NCBI GenBank assembly: GCA_001662655.1
Contig: KV460254.1
Strand: one strand, 5' to 3'
Length of the DNA stretch: 64,000 nucleotides
DNA from: Pseudogymnoascus verrucosus
Taxonomy: Eukaryota
In this document: piece after piece, positions 1 through 10,525 of the stretch
Layout of the letters: each line of letters begins with the position of its first letter
Numbering within the stretch: the stretch's first letter is position 1
Made by a program: the position numbers and the translations under genes
The notes under the pieces: generated by a model
Seen by the model: the letters and a program-made list of their open reading frames with translations, nothing else
The model's database searches: none
What the model was told of the DNA's origin: nothing

Positions 1-37
1 CCATCCAATCCCACATCCATCACCGCCGACAAACCCC

Positions 38-1982
38 TCACATTCCCAACAAACTCATCTGCCTTCTCAACGGGCTCGCCGTGCTGCTATCCCCCTCGCT
101 TCCATAGAACCCCGAATCGGTATCGATATCCCATCCCTGATCCTCCTCATCCTCCTTCCCCTCCTCGCCGCTCCACCCCTTCTGCATCGCGCCGCGGGTG
201 TTCCACCGCAGCGTGCGAGACACGCTGTCGAACCACTCGGCGCCCGTGCGCGTCACAGTCGGGAAAGGGTACTGCGAGGCAGCGATGGTGACGTGGTCGC
301 CCTGCTTGAGCTCGACGCGGCCCTTGCCATCAAAGGAGCAGTAGGCTGTTGCGCGCGAGTTCTTGGGGATGGAGACACGGAGGAGGAGACTGTCCGAGAG
401 GACCATCGGGCGGAAGGAGAGGGTGTGCGGGCAGATGGGGGTGAGGAGGATGGCGGGGATATCGGGGTGGACTAGAGAGCCGCCAGCGGAGAGAGAGTAG
501 GCCGTTGAGCCTGGATGTAGGTTAGCTTCGGGGGTCTTTGCAGGGGGTTCAGCGGAGGGACTAACCAGTGGGAGTGGAGAAGATACAGCCATCGGCTTGG
601 ACGACAGTGAGGAGCTCGTTATCGCCGTACAGCTCGAGGTTCGAGACATATGGCGATGGTCCGCGGTCGATGACCAGTTCGTTGAGGACCTCGAACTGCT
701 CGCCCTCCTCCATATCCTGTCCGTTCGCGCCGTCGCGGTATACTGTGCAGGTGAAGCGCATGCGCAGGTTGACGCGCATACCCTCGTCACCCATTACTTT
801 GTTGAGGTGAGACTTGTACTGGTCGAACTCGAAGTTGGTCAGGAAGCCGAGGCTGCCGAGGCTGAAGGACAAAATAGGGGGAACGATGCGTTGAAAGAGC
901 CATGAGGTGAATAGCACGGTACCATCACCACCAAGTGTGAGTACGAGGTCGAACTTCTCTGGTTGGCTCCAGCAGAGATCTGGTGACCAGTATTTGAGCA
1001 TGTGCTGGAAACGTGACTCTCCTGCAATTAGACCCGCGCCGTTGAAGCGCTTAGAGTCGCGCAGCTTCGCGTCGACGTACACGTTTACGCCCAGATCTGA
1101 TCCATAGCGGGGTGTGCTGAGGAGCCACTCGGCCAGGTTCCTGGTCAGGGTGACGAGCTGGTTGTCCCTTGCTTTCGTCACAATCATGACGTTGCGGACA
1201 GCACGCTTGATTGGGCGTCGCTGAAGCTGTTTTGAGACCTCCCGCACGCCCGTGGCAGTCTGCATCAGGCGCGAGTGTGTCATGTACTCGTCACCGCTGA
1301 TCTCCTCAAGAACCCTGTCGATGTTCACGGCATCGTCGAAGCGCTGGTGGTAGAAGCACGGTGATTGCAACGCGGGAAAGCGGGCGGTTGCTGGTGTACT
1401 ACCAGACTTTGCAGCGTTTGAAGCGAGCTCGGATAATGCTGCCGAGAGCTTCTGTGACGAGGATGTGCCAGGCCTGCTGTCCCCCGCGTTCTGTGCTGCG
1501 AGTATGCCCGATAGGGAAGATACCATCGGGGCATCTGGGTTTGTGCTTCGACCAGATGAGGCTAGTGCCTTCATGATTGTCTGTCTGGGTATGGAGTCCA
1601 CAGATAGTGCGGAGTTGCGGTGGTTCTTGAACGACTTTGGGGGCTGGAGAAACGGTGACAAATTCCCGTCGGTGGCAGTCGGCTCGACTGGTGGAGCTTT
1701 TTCTTCTAAGGCAGTTGCAGGAGGCGTAAGTTCTTCATTGTGGTTTTGCGGGGGATTATTTGTTGTGTTCAAGGGCAGCAGCGGTTTCGAGGGCGCCTGA
1801 AACACGGATTCACCAGCGAAGGCGGAATCACTAAATGGCGCAGAGTCCTTCACCGCTTGGGGTCCTGGCAAGGATGTGGTTAAATTTTCAGCTGGGGTAT
1901 ATTCATTACTGTGAGGCGGGACGTTGTCCGATTGCGTGAGAGTTGGATGAAGGGAGGAAGGGAGGAGTGTTGACTCGGACAT
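38..1982 (-). CDS. UTR1: ATP-NAD kinase (Utr1/Yef1-like), 2 exons (566-1982, 38-510), ~629 aa
   Basis: GGDGT, LNE and TPTGSTAYSLSAGG motifs of NAD kinases; a 55-nt GT-AG intron (511-565) with a GCTAAC branch point joins the two ORF-track frames. Confidence 0.93.
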
Positions 1983-4900
1983 TGCGACTGTGTGGATGGT
2001 ATCGCTAGTGGGAGGCAGATTCGGGGTGGAGCGCTCGGTGTTGATAACCGTGGGATCTATTCGGGCGTTAATATGAAAATCCCGAGGCCCCGGAACAACG
2101 GATTGAGCCTGAAGAGCAAGAAAACTCTAAACTTTGAGAGGGTGACGGCGTGGGGGTTACACACCTGCGGACTCAGATGACAAGATTGGCGGGGAGATTG
2201 TGGAGGCAACGCGCTATGTCCGTCCGGAGTCGGAGGATTCGAAAAGGCGAGGTTGGGGAAAGTCGAATAAAGGTATATAATTATTGGCGAATAAGAGTAT
2301 GTCGAGAAGGGTATAAATGTCAATATATATAAAAAGCCAAATGTGAGAAATAGGAGCGTCCGTAGTTCGATATAAAAGGGACGTATTTCAAAAGACAATG
2401 ATCGGATGGACCCTGAGGGGCAACGAGTAGCAGCAGTACGTATACCGAGATTCGCGGGATTATTGAGTCGAGATGGCGGGGGATAAGTTCCAACGGAGCG
2501 GGATTGCGGGGCGGGAACGGCGAGATAGTGATTTGCTAGATCTAATCTTTGGAGAGAGGAGACGATCGTTAGCCTTGCGCCCACTGACCATAATCACACC
2601 CAGTCACATCTGCTAAAGCCTCGAGTACCCAATGGTGAGAGTTCACCACAGTTGATGGTCTTGGCTGCTCGATGACGCTGGAGATGCATCGAATCGTATG
2701 ACTTACAGATGCGCTTCTAACAAATCGATAGTCTGGCCGTGTCTTGATGCTGCAGGATCGCACGTAACTGTACCACGAGGACCGATGCGGACTGTTGTGG
2801 AAGTGATATGGGCTGTATCCGGACAGGAACAAAAGCCACAGGTGATTGCTGCCGGGGTTCGTGCAGAGCACCTGCTTGACGCTTATGCGCGATTTCGTAG
2901 AGATGCGTGATTGTCGTGTGGGAAGACGGCGAATTAGAGACGACAGGTCCTCGATGATGCGTATGTGGGCGGCTCGAAGTTGGAAAAAGAGGCTTCCTTC
3001 AGGTCTTGTCTATCGCAATGGAGACTTCTATAGGGTATAGAACGGAATAATGAAAACTATTGAAAGCGGCAGACGCGGTAATGGCAGTAAAAATATGCAA
3101 AGAAGTTCGAATTAAGGTATATAGTGAAAGGTATAGTTTGTTCGATGCTCCCAGCGCAACTCGATGATGGTCCAAGGTAATAAAGACGGAAGCAGGGGCC
3201 AGCACAGCGACGTACCGAGACCAGGACACGAAAAGCGAGGCCTTTCACCTCTTATACTCCGTGGCCTCGCGTCTTCAAAATAAAAAGTTAGTCCCCCCCG
3301 GCGAGGCGGCGACGGGAGCGAGGAGGCGGCCCGTGATCTTGAGACGAGGCTAGCATCTCAGGATACGGAGGGACTTGCTCTGGACTTAACAGGCGAGCGA
3401 ATGCGCCGCGAGTGTTTCGAGCGCTGCAGTATACGTGCGCGTTACGACGGTGTATAGCGGAGATGAGTATTACGAATGGGAGAGGCAGATGGAGAACGTG
3501 CCATCCCTCATTTTACATAACTTGGCGCGGAGGAAGACATGTACTGGCGAGAGGATCCAGTTCGTCGCGATGTAACTTGTCCCAGCCCTGGGTCCTTGAA
3601 GGTGATCCCACAGCTGCGACGGCGCCTCAATCCATCGCAACTCCACAGCACCTATAGGAATGGCCGGTCAAGGAACAGAGCTTAGTCGTTGTGATATGTC
3701 CGCGGCCAGCTCTATATTTGCTGTCCAATATAGCACCTGTCACAACTGACCCCAACATCCAACACTAGAGGCCGCCACAGCTGGACCCCAACAGCCAACC
3801 CAAAAGAGGCCGAGCAGACAGCGTCGTGGATAGATACCAACGTGCTTCACTCTCGTCACAGACGGTAGTTCGCACACGTATCAATGCAATTATTGCACGC
3901 ACTGACAGCTGAAGCCGCGCGCCAGGTCGTACGGCAAGGGGTAGCTATGGGACGCCTCGCCCCGACCTATTCCTCCGCGGCTTGGAGGCCGAGGCCGAAG
4001 TTGTCTCGTCTCGTCCCAAGACTCCACTTGTCTGTAACAAGCCTCCTGGGCTCTAGGCGCTGGGATTCCGCAGGTTGGAGCTCCTTCAATGGGCCAGGAG
4101 GGTCGGCTTCTCCACGGCGGAATTCCTATGTAGCGACTTCATAGGGGGTGAGCCACCTCAGCCCATTACAGCTTCATAAACCGTGATATATGTTGTATGG
4201 AAAAGTTATTCCCCGATTCACCCCATATACCCTGATAATAATGGAATAATGCCGTCCGTTCTTGTTCACTTGGCTGTCAGCGCGTCGCCCGAACGCAGAC
4301 GATCTGAAACGACACAAACCCCTGAAACACTCCCACCAGTGTCACGTTTGGTGGAGCTCCACACTGGGAACTGACAGCTTGTCCGTGGGAAATATGCAAG
4401 CTGCCTCCTCTGTTTCGGTAGTTAGGGTGGCGGCTGCACCGCAGCTTGGGAGCGGGGCGCTGCAATTGACAGCTACTTGCCACGAATGAGGGCAGGAGGC
4501 AGGGAGCGCAGGGAGCGCGAAGAGGCTCTTACGGTAGGATTGTTTTACCTTTTGAGGATGGGACGTAATGGTACGATTCACAGCAACGTAGTAGCAATGC
4601 ATGAACGCGGAGGTTTGGGAGTGGCATGAGGCGACGGTGCCACTGATGGAGCAAAACAATTCGGGGAGGTTTGTTATATCTTGGCATTCCCTCGTAGCAT
4701 AATGCTCCTTCCTTTTGAAGACCACATGTCAAGTGTATCCTGTTGATTGTCTGCCGCGTCAGCCCCTTTCCTGCGGGCTACCTCTGTCTTAAACCATCCT
4801 TATTGACGACCGTAACGCGACAACTCGAGGGTCGAGCTGAGAATGCTATAATGCTATTTGAGCCACAACAGGTTCCAGCTTCCCATTCTTGGACCTGAAG

Positions 4901-5008
4901 AACATTTCGGCTCCGTTACCTGCCCTTTACTTCACTTGGAGCAGGGCCGTACTTGTGGTTTCTCGCCGTGAACTATATATGTGAGACGAAGGTTCTCAGG
5001 ATCCCTCA

Positions 5009-5802
5009 TCACGTCCTCCATGCCATATCTTTGTCGACCTTCCCTTCGACAACAGTTTGAACAAATTGCATCATCCCACCTTCCTCGCCTTCATCAACCA
5101 TGGCGTCGGGGTCTGCCGAGCCACAGCAAATCTTCTCTGCCTGAATGCAGACTTCGTCCCACTGAGCTGGCGTAAACGAGCCTTGACTCTCGATGACAAG
5201 CGGTTCGGCATTTGAGGTGAAAGCTAATACGTGTATAGACTGGGCGGTTTGGGTTTCGAGAAGGCTGGGGTTTTGAAGAATCTTCCCCTTTTCAGAAATG
5301 GCGAGGAAGGTTGCTGTCAAAGAGGTGGAAAGTGGGATGGCGGCGGAGAGGAGGGCCAGGATCGCGGTTTGGAGCAATGCGGGTAAGATAGGTAGAGTCT
5401 GCAGGGTGAAATGTTAGACTATGTAATCATAGAGGTTGGGCGAGAGAGAAATACCGAAGAAGTCTGGATTGATTTGGAAGTCGCCGTCTCGTCTGGGGGT
5501 GTGCTTGTTACTTGGAGAGTAACTTGAATCAGCGTCCGAGGAAAATTGCTGATTAATACGATTTGCCGCAAAGTCCGCTCGATGATTGACTCTAGATGCC
5601 GCTCGCGAGTGCTTCCTACCCCCGCCGCTGGCCGTACGATGACATCGATGGCAGCCTCTTCAGGAAGCTCGTCCCGGCGTTGAACTTCGATTGGACCGTT
5701 GACAGCGCCTATGATCGTATACCCGTTCTGTGAAAATGTCGCAGAACCATCTGTGCTATGAAGATGCGACAAGATTGCGCTGGGTTCTTGAGAGGATGAC
5801 AT
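5009..5802 (-). CDS. RRP46: Exosome complex RNase PH-like subunit Rrp46, 2 exons (5455-5802, 5009-5398), ~245 aa
   Basis: DGSATF...GPIEV.RRDE...RPAAG...FPRTLIQVTLQ signature; intron 5399-5454 joins the ORFs in frame. Confidence 0.88.
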
Positions 5803-6026
5803 GGCGTCTATGTTGCGAGGTGTAGTAGAAGGCTGGGGCTTGAAGAAGTTAATTGTTTCGTCTTGGTGACTTTTTGATACGGCTGCGGAAAAGTGGCGCT
5901 AAAATGCGGGACACCCCGCGTCTTAGCTCCAGCTCCTCAGCCTTGCAGGACATATCGTGTGTGAGGGTTATACAGCTCTCGCTGTCAACACAACTACAAA
6001 CTACAAACCTTTTCACATTGGTCAAG

Positions 6027-7313
6027 ATGCCTGCAACTACCGATACACCAAAGGAAGCACAAGCTGCGAGTATTCCAAATCTCAGAGACCGCATCCCAAA
6101 GCTACAGTCTAAACGTCGGCAAGCGCCACCCTCGAACTCCCTCCCAGTCCCAGAAACGCCACCGCTCCCTCCAGCTCCCGATACCTCAGCATTCGAATTC
6201 ATAAAGCCCAGCCGCCGTATATTGTCTAAGAAAGACCACGACTTGTTCCTAGCCTCGCCTACCCATGACCTTCTGGTTGCCTTCGTCTTCGGCCTTGCGG
6301 GGGCCGTAGTAGACACACCAATCTCCGCCGTCTCTAAAAAGACGCCCAGCCCTATCGTCCAGAGCATACTTGACATACTCAACAATGTCGAAGATGTGAT
6401 AGCACGCAGCCCAGCCGATGAACAAGGCGACTCTCGCTTTGGTAACCGGGGTTTCCAAGACTTCATCGACCTAACTGCGAAGGAACACACTGCGTGGCAC
6501 AAGAAGCTGGGCATCTCCGACGAGAAAGCGATAACAGAAGTCTCGACATATTTCCTCCAGTCGTTCGGCAACCGCACACGCATTGACTACGGTTCAGGCC
6601 ACGAGCTGAACTTCATGGTCTGGCTCCTCTGCCTATACCAGCTATCCATAATCACACCCGACGACTTCCAACACCTGGTGCTAAAGGTGTTCACTAAATA
6701 CCTAACGCTCATGCGCCATATCCAGTCCACATATTATCTCGAGCCCGCTGGCTCCCATGGAGTCTGGGGTCTGGACGATTACCAATTCCTACCATTCCTC
6801 TTCGGCGCAAGTCAGCTGCTCCACCATCCCTATATCCGCCCACTTTCCATCCACCAAAGTATTATCCTCGAGGAGTATGGCGCAGATTATCTATACCTCA
6901 ACCAAGTAGCATTTGTCAATAGCGTCAAGAATGTTGAGGGTCTGCGATGGCACTCGCCGATGCTGGACGACATCTCGGCTGCTAAATCGTGGGAGAAGGT
7001 GCTGGATGGGATGAAGCGGATGTTTGTCGCTGAAGTCCTGAAGAAGCTGCCTGTGATGCAGCACTTCATGTTTGGATCGCTCGTGCCAGCGGTGGAGGAG
7101 ATGAACCGGGAAGAGGATCTTGGCCTGCCTGAGGAAGGCGCGGATGCCGAGGGTGGAGAGGTTGTAGTTATGGTTGATGGCATGAAGCACGTGCATCAGA
7201 TGAACAGCTGGGGCGATTGCTGTGGAATAAAAGTGCCGAGTAGTGTGGCTGCGGCGCAGGAGATGAAGAGAAGAGGCGGTGGGGAGGGATTGAGAAGGAT
7301 TCCCTTTGACTGA
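6027..7313 (+). CDS. RRD2: PP2A phosphatase activator (PTPA), Rrd2-like, 428 aa
   Basis: SRFGN, RIDYGSGHELNF, YYLEPAGSHGVWGLDDY and HSPMLDDIS motifs; ATG at 6027 in CAAGATG context. Confidence 0.92.
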   Translation: MPATTDTPKEAQAASIPNLRDRIPKLQSKRRQAPPSNSLPVPETPPLPPAPDTSAFEFIKPSRRILSKKDHDLFLASPTHDLLVAFVFGLAGAVVDTPISAVSKKTPSPIVQSILDILNNVEDVIARSPADEQGDSRFGNRGFQDFIDLTAKEHTAWHKKLGISDEKAITEVSTYFLQSFGNRTRIDYGSGHELNFMVWLLCLYQLSIITPDDFQHLVLKVFTKYLTLMRHIQSTYYLEPAGSHGVWGLDDYQFLPFLFGASQLLHHPYIRPLSIHQSIILEEYGADYLYLNQVAFVNSVKNVEGLRWHSPMLDDISAAKSWEKVLDGMKRMFVAEVLKKLPVMQHFMFGSLVPAVEEMNREEDLGLPEEGADAEGGEVVVMVDGMKHVHQMNSWGDCCGIKVPSSVAAAQEMKRRGGGEGLRRIPFD

Positions 7314-7507
7314 TTGGTACAGATAGAATAAACCAAAACTAAATGATTGATGAACTCTACTTTTTATGCAATGAGTATTGGAATGGCAATGCATTGAGTC
7401 AACCAAAGGCTGGTGGCTATATATTTCTACTGTACGGGTATAATCCAATACCGTGTTTCTATCCATAAACCTCCCATGAGATGCACGTCAAGCTAGCCAA
7501 AGGCACA

Positions 7508-8507
7508 TCAGAGCTTCGCTGTTGGTTTGTCGAATCGCACTGTATTTGAGACAGTTCCAACGTTCTCCAGAGAGACCTCGACAACATCACCATCCTTCAG
7601 CCAGCACTGAGGACTCATGCCCATTCCAACACCGGAAGGCCTATCCACCGTAAGCAAAGGCCATTCATACAATGCTTCAAGCAGGAAAGTCTGTACTCAC
7701 GTTCCGGTGAAAATCACGTCTCCTGGAAGTAAAGTGGTGCCCATGCTCAGGAATGCGATCGACTTTGCAATTCCAAAAATCATATCGTCCGTACTGTCAT
7801 CCTGGACAGTCTTCCCATTCACCTTCGTACTTATCCGCAGGGATTGAGGATTTCCAATGACCTTGTTGCTCACAATGCCTGGCCCGAAAGGTCCCCATCC
7901 ATCGAAGCCTTTGCCGATGCCCCATTGTCCACCTCCGTATTTGAGCTGCCAATCGCGGTGAGAAACATCGTTCCCGACTGCATAACCAAGGATGTAGTCC
8001 AAGGCCTCTGCCTCAGAGACATCGGAGCAAGGTTTCCCTATGACAATGACCATTTCCCCTTCATAATCTAGGCCTTCTCCCACTTGTGCCTGAGGATGGA
8101 CCGGGATTGGGTCAAAGGGACCAGTAAGGGAGGTTACTGGTTTGTAAAATAAGACGGGATATTCTGGGAGTGGCAGGTTTGACTCCCTGGCGTGCTTCTC
8201 ATAGTTGAGCCCCAGGCAGCGAACTGTTCGGACATCCTCGAGTGCTAGGGGTGTCAGGAGTCGCTTGATGTCGACAATCTTGTTGGTTATCTTATAATTC
8301 CCAAAGATCGAGCCTTCAATAATTCGGGCTTGCTTGGTCTTAGCAAGATCCGTCACGCCCGAAGGTAGAATGGCATCTCCATAATAAGTCCGGCCATCTG
8401 TGGCCAGAAATCGGACGAGGCGCTGAAGAGATGTTAGCATCCAGAAGTTAAATGTGAGAACGCATCTTCCAAGATGACTGCTGACGTACGGTAAAGGATG
8501 ATGACAT
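7508..8507 (-). CDS. Fumarylacetoacetate hydrolase (FAH) superfamily protein, FAHD2-like, 3 exons (8490-8507, 7701-8422, 7508-7640), ~290 aa
   Basis: GLNY..HA.E, LDYEGE, NDVSHRDWQ, KGFD..GP.GP and GDVIFTGTP.GVG motifs; two GT-AG introns restore the frame. Confidence 0.9.
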
Positions 8508-8877
8508 CGCCGGTTTTCGGTTCTCTTGCTTTCGAAGTTTAAGCCATGAGAAGTCCAGCATCTTTGCTGTGTCTACATCGTAAACTCAAACCGGCGCCAG
8601 CCTCTTAAGTATTTCCGACCCCCATTTGATATATCCCCGACGGTGGTCCCGCAGTTTACCCCAACGGCAGATCTCCAACGGTACATCCCCGCAAAATCGG
8701 TACCCCTGCCCCATCGGCTGCGGATCTGCGGAATCACACGGCCTCTAGCTTTCCACGAATGAAGAAATATCCCGAAACTTTAACATTGAATCGACAGCTG
8801 TCCGAAAGTTTGGAAGAACATTCTATCCGTCGAATCAATTCGCATCTCGGATATTCTTGAGAACACATACGTCCCAA

Positions 8878-9224
8878 ATGAGGCTCTCAGGGTTACAGAG
8901 AGATGCCTTGGCACTCTATAGAAAATGCCTGAGGGAAAGCAGGAAGAAACCGGCTGTTTGTTTACCTCGGTCTGGTCGTGTGAGCTCAGTTTGCTGACGA
9001 AGTTCCAAGGAGACAAAGATGCACTTCCAGAAGTTTGCTAGGTATGACAAAGCTTTACAATGTGTCTTGAGTACCAATTGGCGCTAACCGAACGATGCAG
9101 ACACGAGTTCGAGAAGAACATTGGCCTCAACAAGAAAGATTTCAGCGCGATCGAATACCTCCTAAGGAAGGGGAATCGACAATTGGAGATATACGCTTCG
9201 CCCGGTATAAAAGACATTCGATAA
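8878..9224 (+). CDS. SDH6: LYR-motif succinate dehydrogenase assembly factor 1 (Sdh6/SDHAF1), 3 exons (8878-8955, 9010-9041, 9101-9224), 77 aa
   Basis: Manual splice translation: MRLSGLQRDALALYRKCLRESRKKPAETKMHFQKFARHEFEKNIGLNKKDFSAIEYLLRKGNRQLEIYASPGIKDIR*. It carries the SGLQ..L.LYR and KDF..IEYLLR.G motifs; both introns have GCTGAC/GCTAAC branch points. Confidence 0.88.
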
Positions 9225-9714
9225 GTCGAGGATGATGCTCTGGGTCGTCGATAAGATAGGACCTCGACGCGTATTGGGTTGGCAAAGGGGATAATGGAGG
9301 CAAGAGCGACCGGGCCAGCCGGGATTCACGATGGCCGGCATGTATTCTTATTCGAAGCGGGATCGAGTCCTGAAGGCAATATGATCAATACCGCTGATAG
9401 CGCTACATGATGTTGCCTCCAAACGCCCACTTGAAAGGCTTCCTTCGTTTCCGCCTCACCCGCCTTCGATCGAAATACAGCCATGGAGCCAACTACACGT
9501 CTCCGCCTGGAATTGCACAGAAAGCACCACTCCACTCAAAAATACCGATTCCGACTAGATCTATAAGGCAAATGAGTAGTCGCAGGCAATACATTGGTCA
9601 AAGCCGCGCCTCGTTTCCAGGTTTGGCAGTACTCCGCGGAGCTCGCCACGCGTTGGGCCGTACGGTTAAACGCCCTGGGGGTCTATTTGCTACAGGGACG
9701 GAGCACATAAGTCT

Positions 9715-10350
9715 TTGTTAAGAAGTCGAGTTCCACGTGGAAGAGTCGGGGACCATGGTGGGCGGCCAGCTACCAATATTAACAGCCCTTCTGTTCAATA
9801 TCAGCATCCACAATCTGAGTCGAAGAGCCCCGCAACACAAGTGACAGTTGCGGACCAGGCCTCCCCGAGTATACTTCTGCATACTCAAAGTCAAGAGAAG
9901 ATTCTGGCAGGGCCATCGCCCGGGCCAGCGGGCGTGCCATTCCTGCTTCCGCTGCTGAGAGAGCCGTCTATCTGTGTCAACGCCAGCAACAAACTCCTCG
10001 CTGGTCTACCGGCTGCCCACATCTTCGAACACCCAGCGCCTCTTGATTCCGGGCTGAAAACCGGCGATCCTGTCAAACGTGACCTCACCCCTAAGCATCG
10101 ACGCACCAATCCATCGGCAGCAAGTCCATCGCCCCATCTATTATTCGCTGTGCCGGCCCCACCACCGCCTTCGGGTCTCCCCGTTATAGACAGCGCAGAA
10201 GTTACGTATCAGGATATTTTGGACGGCTTGCAGCTTGGTTTATCAGCTATCCTGGACAGCGATGTGGATTTCTGGGTCAAGGAGGTCGTGGGTACGAGTG
10301 TCCGTCGCGTTTTGGCCGATATAGCTGCGTTGGGTGAGCTGAGGGGGTAG
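9715..10350 (+). CDS. Hypothetical protein, 5' end unresolved (possibly degenerate)
   Basis: 211-codon open frame with an amphipathic C-terminal segment (DILDGLQLGLSAILDSDVDFWVKEVVGTSVRRVLADIAAL); no in-frame ATG or phase-compatible upstream exon found. Confidence 0.4.
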   Translation: MLRSRVPRGRVGDHGGRPATNINSPSVQYQHPQSESKSPATQVTVADQASPSILLHTQSQEKILAGPSPGPAGVPFLLPLLREPSICVNASNKLLAGLPAAHIFEHPAPLDSGLKTGDPVKRDLTPKHRRTNPSAASPSPHLLFAVPAPPPPSGLPVIDSAEVTYQDILDGLQLGLSAILDSDVDFWVKEVVGTSVRRVLADIAALGELRG

Positions 10351-10391
10351 TGGGTGAGTGGGGTGCTTGATCTCGAGGGGGGCGTTTTATA

Positions 10392-10525
10392 GATGGAAGC
10401 TAGCTATCGGCTTTCGAAGGCAGATGGGAAGGTGAAAAGAAGATGGAGTTGCGAGGATAGCCGTTCTATTGATGGAGGCTATCGGCTTTGGAAGACAGAT
10501 GGGAAACTGGGAGAAAGATGGAGCC
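10392..10525. repeat. Two-copy degenerate direct repeat (~55 bp unit)
   Basis: GATGGA..GCTATCGGCTTT.GAAG.CAGATGGGAA..TG....AAGATGGAG at ~10392 and ~10471. Confidence 0.7.

Noticed and set aside
1983..4980. Numerous 60-175 aa ORFs between the NAD kinase and RRP46
   Set aside because: No codon bias, motifs or coherent splice model; probably UTR and promoter sequence
5853..6026. TTG-initiated N-terminal extension of RRD2
   Set aside because: It lies in the 224-bp bidirectional RRP46/RRD2 promoter; the ATG at 6027 has good context
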